64,000 nucleotides of DNA from Massalongia carnosa (taxonomy: Eukaryota), in assembly GCA_965645245.1 (NCBI GenBank), contig OZ287080.1, forward strand, positions 806,001 through 870,000, written 5' to 3'. Positions 33,804 to 45,433 of the stretch are shown in pieces (position 1 is the stretch's first letter; every line of letters begins with the position of its first letter). Position numbers and translations under genes: made by a program. Under the pieces are notes generated by a model. It did not search any database. It was given only the letters and a program-made list of their open reading frames with translations, and was not told where the DNA came from.

Positions 33804-36800
33804 TTATTTAGTCCTCTTTGTGCGTCGTCCTGTTTCTTTCGCTACTGAGGGAGTCCTAGTGGCCTGAGGGGTGGACTTTGCTGTTGGCTTGGTAGGATTT
33901 TTCTCATGAAATTCCCTCAATAGCTTTCGTAGATGTTTGACGCCGGCGACGGGCTCCCATGTGTCTTCCGCGTCGGGATAACCTTTCCAATGCACTAGAT
34001 AATATAATCCAGCCGGTCGTCCGTCTTCTGCTTCTTTTGCATAGACTGCACTATCTCGTATGCACTCTACTTCATACTCTTGCATGTCATCGTCTTCGAA
34101 TTCAAGCTGTTCAGCCATTTGTTCGTCTACTACCTCCCTTCTAGTGGTGTCTCTTTCCAGCAGAGACACATGAAAGACTGGGTGTATTTTCCAACTTTTC
34201 GGAAGTTCTAGCTCGTAAGCTTGAGTGCCTACAGGCCTCTACACCTTAAAGGGACCCAAGAACTTATGCTCAAGCTTCTTGTTCCTTTTCGTCTTAATAT
34301 GTTTGCTGTTTAGCCAAACCATTTCATCGGGAGCGTAGCAACGTTCTTTCACCGTTCTATTGTGATATTTGGCTTGATTGTCTTGGGCTAATTGCAGGTT
34401 ATTTTTCAACTCTGCTAACAAATCGCGTAGATTTTTAGCCTGTTCCTCAGCTGTCTTCGACTTCGATCGAGGGTCTTGGTTATCTTCATAACTCATCCTT
34501 GGGTGGTAGCCTATATTAGCCTCGAACGGGGTGAGCTTGGTGCTTGAATGACGGGTGTTATTGTATGCAAATTCAGCGGTAGGGAGCCATTGCACCCAGT
34601 CATCTTGCTCGAAACGGCAGTAAGACCTAAGGTAAGCTTCCATGGTACTATTTTGACGTTCTGTCTGACCGTCTGTTTGTGGATGGAAGGCTGTGCATAG
34701 CCTACGCTTTATCTTCATGTAATAGCATAGGGATGACCAGAAGTTTGATGTAAATAGCGAGCCCCGATCGGTGACTATGGAGTCAGGTAGGCCGTGATAC
34801 TTGAACACGCAGTGCCTTAGCACTTCAGCTAACTGTTCAGCAGTCAGCGTTTTCTTCACTGCCTCATAGTGCACCATCTTGGTGAGCCTATCAACGACGA
34901 CTAGGATGGAGTCATAATCAACTCCCCTCCAGTCCTTACTCTTAGGTAAGCCAGTGACGAAGTCCATCGTAATGTCCTTCCACTTATGAGTTGGTATAGG
35001 CAACGACTGCAAGTTTCCATAAGGCTTATGCCTCGTAGCTTTGCTACTCATGCAGACGTCGCAACCCTCTACATAGCGTGCTATGTCTGACTTCATCGAT
35101 GGCCAGTAGTACTTTCTACTCACTAGCTCAATCGTCTTGTCTTTCCCGAAGTGCCCTGCCAGCGGATCATCATGATTTAACTCAAGAATTTCTCCTCGTA
35201 AGGAGGCTGGGATGTAGGCCTTTCCTTCATGGAATAGACAGTGGTCCGAGTCCGACCATGGCTCGCTGGAGGGCGCCACCTCCTGTGTCCCCGACACGTC
35301 ACTGTCTTTCAAGGTAGCTAACCTTTTCCGAACAGTGATAGCGACCTCGTCAACCTGTTGCAACTCAGGAAGACGCTCTAATACTCCCCTAGAAGCGGGT
35401 TGAGTATAAGGTGACTCGCGCTGTGCGAGAGAGTTTCGCAATGAACTCCAGTATGCCTTCACCTTCGGAACAACCAATGTTCCGCATGTTATGATCTTCC
35501 ATATTTCACCGTGGTGAGACCCCGTCGGGCCAGAAGCATCATCTAACGACTCCCCTGACATTGCCCTCATTAGACAAACGCGTGCGTTCTTATCTGCTAG
35601 GGATGTCTGCAAAAGGTGGAGCGTTTTGCGGTTTTCAACCAGCACTTCGCCATCATCATCGCCAGCGGTAGGAGGTCTTGACAGCCCATCGGCTGGGTTC
35701 CTCTTACCCTGACGATAATCGATGCGGAAATTATACCTGGAAAGCTCTTGAGCCCACCTTACTTGCCTGCCGCTTAGGCGCTTGGTATCCATAAACCTCG
35801 TAAGGTTATTGTGATCAGTCAACACGAGAATTTCGTGAGACGACCCCTCAAGGTAATGTCTCCAAATTTTGAAGGCCTCGACTATCGCTAATAGTTCAGC
35901 ATCATGGGTCTCGTAATTACGCTCAGCCGGTAGCATCTTGCGTGAGTAATAGGCAACAGGGTGCCATTGTCCCTCGTCATCTTGCTGAGCCAATATGCCG
36001 CCAATAGCATAACCTGACGCATCGGTTTCCACGCGTACTGGTTTACTAGCATCGTAATGCCTTAGTACCGGGGCCTCTATGAACGACTTTTTCAGCTTCT
36101 CAAAAGCCTCTAGAGCTTCCTCCGTAAGGAACTCGCTTTCGACACCCTTAGGTGCTTTCTGTCTATGATTAGCGGGCTTTGTTTTCAGCATAGCGGTAAG
36201 TGGCCCTGCTATTTTACTGAACCCACGAATGAATCGTCTATAGAAATTCGCGAAGCCTATGAACACCTGTACATCGCGTACGCATGTGGGCCGTGGCCAA
36301 TTTTGCACTGCTTGGATGCGATCTTTTCGCATATAAACACCCTTAGGATTGATGACATAGCCTAGGAATTCGACTTCGTCGGTGCTGAATCGGCATTTTT
36401 GTAAGTTACAAAATAAGCCATGCTTGCGGAGTTGTTCTAACACCCATCGCACAGCATCTTCATGGGCCTTACCCTTCTGTTCGGTATAGATCAGTATATC
36501 ATCCAAATAAACGATGCAGAAGACATCCAGTTTTAGTGCCAACGCTTTATTAATATAAGCTTGGAAGGAGGCGGGAGCATTGGATAATCCGAACGGCATG
36601 ACGCAGTATTCGAAATGGCCATATCGGGTGCGAAAGGCTGTCTTCCATTCGTCGCCTTTCTTAATTCTGATGCGATTATAGGCTGCAGTCAAATCCAATT
36701 GGGTGTATTGTTTGGCCCGTCCTAGTCGATCTAAAGACTCGCCTACTAATGGTAGCGGGTAGCGATTTTTAACTGTCAAATTGTTCAGACCCCTATAATC

Positions 36801-37691
36801 CACGCAGAGCCTCAGGGTACCATTTGCCTTAGGCACGAAGAGAATAGGAGCTCCAGCTGGTGAGGTAGATGGCCGGATAAACCCATTAGCCAGGTGAGCA
36901 TCGAGGTAGGCCCTTAGCACTGTGAGCTCTGTTTCTGATAGGCTATAAATAGGTCCATATGGAGGCTGCTTTCCATCCACGAGGTCGATCGCATGATCAT
37001 GTAGCCCGTGCTCTGGTAGCTTGGCTGCACTATCTTCCGAAAAGACATCTGCGAAATCCGTATAAGCCTCAGGGACCTTGATTTCTTGTACCTTCACTGA
37101 GGCTATTCTAGCTCGACGGCTCGAATGGATGTTATCTACACCTAGCGCCTTAGCATGGACCACGTAGGTCGGTGTATCTTCTGATAACGCCTCTTCTATG
37201 AAGACTTCTGGTTCTATAATCTCTATCCGATGAGTAGTCATCAGGGCCGATAGAACGCTTAGTTCTCGCCAATTCAGGGTCCTTGCTGACCAATCGATAT
37301 CGGGATTGGCTAGCTGCAGGAATGGCATGCCCAACACGATATTATGAGGTATATCTGCTATTAGGAATGTTTCCTCAAAGAAACGTTGCTGACCTAATTG
37401 ATCAGTTACCCCGAACACCAACAGACCCATGCCATGTGTCATGACTTGCTGGTGATTAATAGCTTCCAAACTGACGCTGGAGTGTAACACTGTCAGAGCG
37501 CATATATTTGCGTAAGCTCTAGAAATAATGTTAACTTCACTTCCGCTGTCAATTAGTGCTTTTGCTGTTTCTTTAGCGTGTGTTATTTCGTACTCTATGC
37601 AGGGTGCGACTTCCAATGTCTTAGGACTTGCCGATGCCTCTTTGATAGTAGTCGCCGGTAGGGAGGCAGCAGCGGCGACTATGCTTTTTTT
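33804..37691 (-). pseudogene. pol: Pol of Gypsy-3 (PR, RT, RNase H, IN, chromodomain) with one TAG at 34239-34241
   Basis: LIDSGS, YLDD, ETDAS, HDDPLAGHFG...CDVC, GQTERQN; frame continues past the TAG as RPVGTQAYELELP...IHPVFHVSLL then chromodomain YEVE...YLVHWKGY...TWEP. Confidence 0.93.
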
Positions 37692-38833
37692 GGATGGGGA
37701 CAGTCTTTTACCCAATGTTCGAGGGATCCACAATTATAGCAGCTATTTTTGTTATTGTCTTGTATCTCGGTCACAGTGCCTAGCGGAATGGCATTGCTAT
37801 TGGTCGACGGCGCGCTAGTACCAGCCGGAGCCGCATTCCTGCCGCCTCGGCCTCTTCCGCCTCTATTGCCTCTTCCGTGGTGACTACCTCGATGACCTCT
37901 TCCGCCTCGACCTCCGCGATGATTAGTTGGATATGGTTCTCGGCGGCCCTGATCGTTAGAAGCCGGGGCACCTTGCTCCCGCTTGGAGTAGCCTCTACCT
38001 GTTGATGATGGCAAAACAGCCGCTCCCTCAGCTAGTTGTGCATCACTGATGAATTCCGCTATGGTAGCGGGATGTCGATGACCTAGTGCTAAGGAATTCC
38101 GAATTATTGGTATGACTCCCGTACGAAGCTTCTGGACCATCTGTTCTTCGGTAATAGGATGTTCCGGATCTGCATCGGCTAATATTGTTCGTAGGCGTTG
38201 TAAGTAGGCCGCAAAGGATTGAACAGTATCATTGGGACGTTGTTGTGCATGATAGTACTGCATCCAGGTTCGATCTTTGAAAACTTCTGTAGAGCCTAGT
38301 TGATTCATGAGGTTCTTTTTGAACTCCTTCCAGGTAAGATTCAGATGACCCCCTCGTGATAGTATCTCATGCCAATTGTCGCTAGGGGTGTCTCGAAGGT
38401 AGCTGCCTGCATAGGCTATACGACGATCTTGTTCCGTTTCAGGCATGCCACTAGTGTTAAAGACAGCCTCGCATTGTCTGGTGAATTCGAACAAGGTCTT
38501 ATGGTCCTTGCCATAATACGGGTCGGGCGACTTAGCTTTGAGGTTATACCTGACAGATCGTTCCATGGAGCGAGGACGACGAGACTCTCTTTCCTCGTGC
38601 AGTCGTTCTAATTCCCTTTCATTGGCAGCGAGACGGGTACTTTGCTGAGTCAACAAGGTGGCCTGGGCCTGCATGGCTGCTGTCTGTTCGGTCAAATGGG
38701 CCTGCATGGCTCTAATCTCGTCGATTAGCTGGTTTGGTGGTGTTTGTTCCAGCGTATCGTAGTCCAGTAGGTCATCACCCTGATTGGACGTGGGATTGGC
38801 CGAATTCTGGCCGCTTCGTCCTCGTGTGTTCAT
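37679..38833 (-). CDS. gag: Gag of Gypsy-3 (384 aa)
   Basis: Intact ORF with capsid motifs, RGG-rich region and CYNCGSLEHWVKDC. Confidence 0.95.
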   Translation of the reverse strand: MNTRGRSGQNSANPTSNQGDDLLDYDTLEQTPPNQLIDEIRAMQAHLTEQTAAMQAQATLLTQQSTRLAANERELERLHEERESRRPRSMERSVRYNLKAKSPDPYYGKDHKTLFEFTRQCEAVFNTSGMPETEQDRRIAYAGSYLRDTPSDNWHEILSRGGHLNLTWKEFKKNLMNQLGSTEVFKDRTWMQYYHAQQRPNDTVQSFAAYLQRLRTILADADPEHPITEEQMVQKLRTGVIPIIRNSLALGHRHPATIAEFISDAQLAEGAAVLPSSTGRGYSKREQGAPASNDQGRREPYPTNHRGGRGGRGHRGSHHGRGNRGGRGRGGRNAAPAGTSAPSTNSNAIPLGTVTEIQDNNKNSCYNCGSLEHWVKDCPHPKKA

Positions 38834-38933
38834 GTTGACGATAAATAGGTTGAATTGTTTGGACGGTAGGTGTGATAGGATTGAACTATCAACAGTCGGA
38901 CCAAGCTATCCTAAGATATGGAGCTTTTAGAAT

Positions 38934-39462
38934 TATAAGAGGGACAGTAGACACTAGTCCTTATGGGTTAAAATGCTCAGTGTGACTGCTAATAGATTGG
39001 TAGGTGCTAAAGCTAAAAGCTGATTCCCTGAAGATGGGAATCGAGCTTTCTATATACCCCTTGGGGTCCTATTTACTAACTACTTGTCTGGTTACCTGTC
39101 TGCCTTGTTGCCTTCAGCTGAGGTCTAGTAGATAGCCTTGCTGCCTTCAGCTGAGGTCTAGCAGATAACCTTGTTGCCTTCAGCTGAGGTCTAGCAGATA
39201 GCCTTGTTGCCTTCAGCTGAGGTCTAGCAGATAGCCTTGTTGCCTTCAGCTGAGGTCTCCTAGGCGTCCCAGGCCTCCCATGAGATCGAGGCTTATCTGA
39301 ATAGCTTCAGTTGCTGCCTAATAAACTGGTAAGGCTGATTGCTGATGGCTTAGTATTGCTATCCGCCTTATCATGACTAAGCATCCGGATTATCAGTCAC
39401 CCGGTCTTCTTGGGTGTGTCATCTCAGGAGCTAGCGCAGTCCTGTATTGCCGCGCTATTACA
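38934..39462 (-). repeat. 5' LTR of Gypsy-3
   Basis: Upstream of gag; TATA-like box at 39051-39056; one mismatch to the 3' LTR seen by eye (33381 vs 39417). Confidence 0.95.
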
Positions 39463-41634
39463 ATTGGAGTTGTATTTATTCGATAATGCGGTTGCGTGAG
39501 ACGTCAAGTTCTTGAAAGACGCGATAAGTTCAAATCGAATAACTTCATGATCTGAACCCGTGACTGCGTTTTCATCGATTGACCAATTTGTAATTGCGTT
39601 TTCGATTTTAGAATTTGCAAATGTTAAATCAATAATAGATAAAGAGTTTCCTGAATGAGCAAAAAATGTATATAGATCAGGCGTATTTATCAAACTACAT
39701 TTGTTTAATTTTAACCATTTGACTAGATTTTCTGATCGAATTGCATTTTGAATCTTCGAATTCCACCAGCTATGATGTGCATTGAAATCTCCACATATGA
39801 CAAATTGATCAGTTGATATAGGTTGATATTTAACTAAAAGTCGATCGATTGTATATGTTTCTCGATCGTTTAGACTTTTTTCATTGTAAAGGTTAAAGAT
39901 CTGCACTTTTCGAACTTTATCAATTGTAATTTCGATAATTTGCAGATCAGTATCGTTTATAAGATCCGTTCTAGGCGTGAATTGTAATTTTGGATTGCAT
40001 TTTGTAACGAATATAGCTACTCTCGGCCGATAAGTCGCTATTTTCGGCATAATACATGTGAATGACGGATGGGAAATTGTGTTTTGATCTCGCGTCCATG
40101 GTTCCTGAAATAAAACAATATCAACACGATTTAATACTGCATATTCCAGACACGAAATCATTGCATTCGTTGACTTTGCACAACTATGTTGAATAAATTT
40201 GACATTTTGTGTATTTTCGATATTTGTCAACGAATGTTGTCCCGCCATTAACCAGGCATTAATTCATCATTCGATTTTCTAGGATTTAGCGAGATAAACA
40301 TTTCGCAACCTATATCGTTCGATTGATGATTTTTGTTGCAATTGACGCATTTCAGAATTGCATGTGCGCATGCGATTTTAGACTTGCATGTTGTGCATTC
40401 ATGATTATGCGTTTCATGACTTTGTGCGCATATATTGCATTTTGCCGGACTTTTGCATTGATAATGCTTATGTCCAAATTTCTGACAATTAATACATTGC
40501 GTGTTTGGACGAACGGAAGCAAATATTCTCGTGTCACAATGTCCACCCGCGATATTCACGCCTCTTAACGCGTTTGACGCTTGATTTTGATTATTGAAAG
40601 TAAAAACTACCGACGACGTGAATTTGTTTTGACGATCCCGAGCAAGCCATCTTGGTAAATCGCATAGTTGCATATTCGAATTGTATTTTTCGATTTCGGT
40701 TTGCAAATATTGCATGTTATTATCGAATAACGAGATATTTACTCCGTGTGCTATGACTTTAAACCAGGATTCGTCTTTTCGAATTCTTTGTGATTCGAAA
40801 ATGTGTTCCCATGAAGATTTATTTTTCAACAATTCTTCGGCATTGTTGTCAGGGCTAGTGGTGAGAACGATATTCTGACCGGTTTTGGACTTTTCAACAG
40901 TATTGACGATGTTGTTTAAATTTGCGTTTTTTAATAGCTCGTTAATTTGATCACGCAGCTTCACAGAGTCGATTTGAGCGTCAGGATTTTTCGGTGAAAT
41001 TACGAGTCGTCTGGCCTTGATTGCATCAAATCGATCGACTTTGTTCGAATTATGATTCGAACTTTTCCTTTGAATAATAGTCCAATTTTCGGAGTTTTCG
41101 GTTGCTTTTCCAAGCATTTGACTACATGTACCGGTTGTGCTAACATTGTTACCAGAGACCCCGGTGGCTCCTTTGCGAATGGTCTGATTTTCGATAATTG
41201 AATTTTCGTTCAATTTAACAACAGGTTTTTGGATTTTTGGACTATTCTGTAGTGGAGTCGTTTGTTGTTGTGACGTTTTTGAGGAAAGATGACTAGTTTG
41301 ATCAAGTACTATGCCCATTTTATAGTTAATCATATCTAAGGATGTTTGTAAATTGATTGATTTTTTCGAAATCAACGAATTAACGTTGTCAATTACGATA
41401 GCCGTTTGTGGATTTTGTACAAATGATTACAATAATGCTTTTTTGGCCGACTTTAGAAGCTCAATTGAATTTGCCCGATTGATCGCTTCTTGGCTATCTC
41501 TCGAATGTTCGTCAAATGTGCGTCTTTTATTTCGTTTGATTAGTGGGCTTGATCCAATGTTTAAGTTCAATGAAGGCATCGGCAAGATAGTGGAAAATGG
41601 ACCCGATGGGAATTTCGTTGCCTTTGGTGTCGGT

Positions 41635-42664
41635 TGTAGTGGGCTACGAGACCAGTAAGCTTATCACGAGCGACACTGATCTCGAAAGGGGAAATGCTCA
41701 GCGTGAGAGGTGGAAGATAGCTACTACGTGCTAGTCTCCGAGAGTATACGTGATCCAAAGAACTAATGGATGTGGAAGTGCTTAGACCAAGAGATCTCGT
41801 CCGAGACCCAAACGTAGGTTGTTCCTAGAATAAAGACTAATTGCTAACGAATACTACAAGATTCGTTCTGATATTTATCCTACTCACCCCAAGCCTATAG
41901 CCTTGGGAGCCTTGGAACCTTAGGAGCCTTGCAAGCCTTGGGAGTCTTGCGAGCATTACAGCCTTGCAATCCACATCCGACTTTATCGCATTACATCCAA
42001 CCATCCCTCAGGATCCATCCACGAACTCGGCGTTCGCTGGATCATCTAGTCAGCCTCGAGCAGCCTTCTAGATATTCCCTTGCAAGGTAGAACAATTCTA
42101 CCCCCGGCTAGATCCCTCACTACATGCCTCAGGCTATGTAGCTTCATTTCGCCGTCACCACTACCTAGTGATAGAAGGTTACCTCCGACTGAATACCTCG
42201 CTACACTGCGGACCTGCCTCTAGACACAAGGTCTAGACAACGAGGTCATGTAGGTTCATTCAGCCGACATCACTACCAACGTAGTAATAAAGGTTGAAGC
42301 TGAAGTTTACACCGGGGAGCCTAGCTCAAGCTGCGTCCAGCGAGCCGTGCCTCCTGCTACCTCTCTTGAACCATCAAGAGATCCAGTAGCTCCGAGTAGG
42401 CCAGTAGATTCCATATAGAGTTCCTTGGCGTCTCCACAGGAGTCCGCCTTACATTCCATGGCAATCTACCACCACGGCCTCGACAGGTGTTTGATCTGTA
42501 AGTAGTCAAAAACGTGATAACAATAACTCCGAAGTTTCGGGGCAAGATGGAAGTTTGTCAGCCTCGACGGCTTATGCGACTTCGTACTACGGCATGGTCC
42601 ACGCTAGTTAATCCCGCAACCGCCATAGGCGATCACGTATCCCTCTAGCGCCATCCGTATTACA
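41635..42664. mobile_element. Solo LTR (1030 bp) in B1 ORF1
   Basis: TGTAGT...ATTACA, TSD TCGGT (41630-41634 and 42665-42669); homologous to 5865-6891. Confidence 0.93.
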
Positions 42665-44676
42665 TCGGTGTGGACGGGGCTGATGCATATTCGCGAGTTT
42701 GATCCATAGGTTCAAGACGGGGAGAGCTCCCTATCAACGCCACCGGAGATGGTCCGGGGGAGTGTCGGGGGGGGACCGGGTAGGGGGTCGATAGGGGGAC
42801 GGGACCGGCTGGGGGTGGTGTCCTTGGTATATTCCTGCGGTTCATTACCGCGTTAAACATGGATTTATAAATAAATCGATGTTGCCTTTGCTATATCCCC
42901 TTTATCGCCACCAAATAATTTATTCTGACGTTCCCCGGACGTAATAGTCAGAATAGAGTTTTTACGCCGATTTACTGGTCTAAAGACTCTTGCTTTCCAA
43001 ACCCTATTTATTTGACAATAACAAGTCAAATAAATCCTAGTCGAGTTAAAATAGACCGTTCCTCGCTTAGGCAATAGATCTTATTTAACTCTTTACCTTG
43101 ACACTACGATATATGGAATATAATAAGAATTTTACGATCGAACAGAAAAAATTTTTTTTTTTTTTAAAAAATGTTTTTGATCCAGAAATAAAAATCAAGT
43201 ACAATGAGAGAGAGGAGACTTCCTATTCTGGTTAGCCTGAAACAGGGCCTTTGGTTTAACCCTATTTCAGACGTTTTTCCCCTTCGTTTCAGCAGATTGT
43301 TGGTCGGCAGTTCAACGAAAATCGAAAAAACCCAAAATGGAATAGTGTATACGGTACCGGTAACCTTAAATTTCAAATGAACACCAAGAAGTTTTGTTGT
43401 CTCGAGAACAGGTTGTACAGTTACGCGACAGTGATGATATTTTGTAGATAATTTTTGTGATAATAGATGAGATCTATGCGACAATTAAACCGAAGAAATA
43501 TCGAAAATCGAGCGATTTTTGACGTTGTTGTTGGTGTTTTTGTGTTTTGTAGATTTTTTGGACGCGCTTTTTGGTGAAGGGGTCGACAGACCGCGAGGAA
43601 AACTCTGCAGGAGCAGTGGAAGAGCTCTCCTGTACCCAATTCTGATGGGTTTTAGCTTCTGGTAGGCTCAAATGAATGAGAAGAATGAGGAGAATAAGTT
43701 GGGAAAGTTTCAGTATATCAAAATATAGGGTACCGATGTTTTGGTGGTTGGCTTTTTGCTGATGACGCGTTTGATGACTCAAACTGTATAGTTTAACTAA
43801 CTGGGTGGCTAAAAAAACGACCTTTATTGACGCCTGAGGTGGCCAAGAAACGATTGGATTGGTGCATGCTGCGGCGTGAGTAGACTTTTGAGCAGTGGTT
43901 AAGAGTTATATGGTCAGATGAGTGCTCGGTAGAAAAGAGGTCAGGAAAACAGCGTCTGTGGGTGTTCAGATTGCCGAAAGAAAAATGGAATAAAGAGATG
44001 ATACAACCTGTGCCCAAAGGCAAAGGAGTCAGTGTCATGGTCTGGGCAGCTTTTTGGGGAGATGACAGGTCAGATCTTTACAAATTAGCTCGTGATTTTG
44101 CTGTGAAGAAGATGGGGTATTCGGCGAACTCATATATGGAATTATGGAACGATAATCTGCTTGTAATTTGGCAACCGGCCTCATTTTCATGCAGGATAAG
44201 GCACCTATACATAAGGCTAAAAAGGTGATGGAGTGGTTCAAAGAGAGCGGCATAGAGGTCATCGATTGGCCCCCCTATTCACCTGATTTAAATCCCATCG
44301 AGCACGTTTGGTATGTGCTCAAAAAACTCGTCTATCAAGTCAACCCGAACATAGATTTAGTGATCGGCAGTGATGAAACTGTTCGTGAGGTACTTGGGAA
44401 AGCGTTAGAAGAAGCCTGGACGTTGATAGATATGAAAATTAGGAGGAGGTTAATAGAGAGCATGAATAGGAGGATAAAAGCGTGTATAGCGTCGGAAGGA
44501 TGGTATACTAAATATTAAAAATCGGTTTTTGGGGGAGTTCTAGTTTAGTATGTATGTAATCATTATGTAAAGTTTCAAGATATTTCAGCAATCGTGACGT
44601 GGTTGATTGTTGATTGAATAGAATGATTGAAATGTTGGTGGGGTGCGGGGCCGCAGACTTTTGGCCTAGTACTATA

Positions 44677-45433
44677 GAATCTATGGACCAGTCAGGGAAA
44701 TTTTCGTCCGTACTTTCTACACCGACCCTTAAAGCGAAAACCTTCATTGCTCCATTTGGTGAATTTACTACTAATTTACCTATGCCGTCATTAAATTCGA
44801 ATATTAGACAAAGCCCGCTAATCAAACGCAATAAAAGATAAACATTTGACGAGTATTCGATTAAAAGTCAAGAAATTATCAATCGAGCGAAATCAATTCA
44901 ACTACTGAATACGGCTAAAAACGCACTATTGGAGTCATTCATACTAGATTAAAATTCCGAAAGGGCTATTGTCATTGATAACATCAATTCTCTTCTAACA
45001 AAGAAATCAATCGAGCCTAAAGCAACGCTAGAAATAATTGATTGGAAATAGAATAGGGTGCGTAAAACATAGAGTCAAATGCTCGGAAGAGCAACTGCTA
45101 ATTCCGAAAATTGGACCACAGTTTCTCGAACCAAAAAATCAAATAACAAATCTAAACCGAATTCGATAATACAGAAGATTTTAACGCGATTAAATCAAGA
45201 AGATTTATAATTACACCGAAAGCTCAAATCGACGATATCTATTCACTGTTGCTTCAAAACCAAATCAATTTGCTTTTTAAAGACGCGAAATTGACTATCG
45301 TTGTCAACACGGTCGAAAAGTCCAAAACGGTTCAAAATATAGTTCTGACTACTAGACCTGAAACACTGCTGAAGATTTATTGAACAATAAATCAATATAG
45401 GGGCATTTATTTGACCCACGAATAGTTCAAAAG
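44677..45433 (+). pseudogene. LINE copy C ORF1, middle part
   Basis: GEFTTNLPMPSLNS...IKRNKR...HLFDPRIVQK, homologous to A1 ORF1, with stops. Confidence 0.88.

Larger units (their letters stand above)
32898..39462 (-). mobile_element. Young full-length chromodomain Ty3/Gypsy (Gypsy-3, 6565 bp) in B1 ORF2
   Basis: Two 529-bp near-identical LTRs, TSD ATTGG (32893-32897 and 39463-39467), PPT AGAAGGGAGG beside the 3' LTR. Confidence 0.97.
17057..43776 (-). mobile_element. Full-length Tad1-like LINE, subfamily B (B1), split by three insertions
   Basis: TSD ACTCAAACTGTATA (17043-17056 and 43777-43790); pieces 17057-19246, 31625-32897, 39468-41634 and 42670-43776 join into 5' UTR, ORF1 and ORF2 (APE, RT, RNase H, zinc finger). 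Confidence 0.93.
16207..44674 (+). mobile_element. Tc1/mariner (DD34E) transposon, about 1338 bp reassembled (16207-16586, 16983-17056, 43791-44674)
   Basis: Imperfect ~27-bp TIRs (CAGTCCCGTGCCAAAAGTCTGTGGCCC vs GGGCCGCAGACTTTTGGCCTAGTACTA), TA on both flanks; HTH at 16303; WSDE, QDKAPIH, WPPYSPDLNPIE with 34 residues between D and E. Confidence 0.92.

Noticed and set aside
43164..43782. Apparent conserved peptides in the LINE leader (VHLKFKVTGT, LLKRRGKTSEIGLNQRP) as an extra ORF
   Set aside because: No ATG, and stops and frame changes differ among young copies; similarity follows from nucleotide homology.
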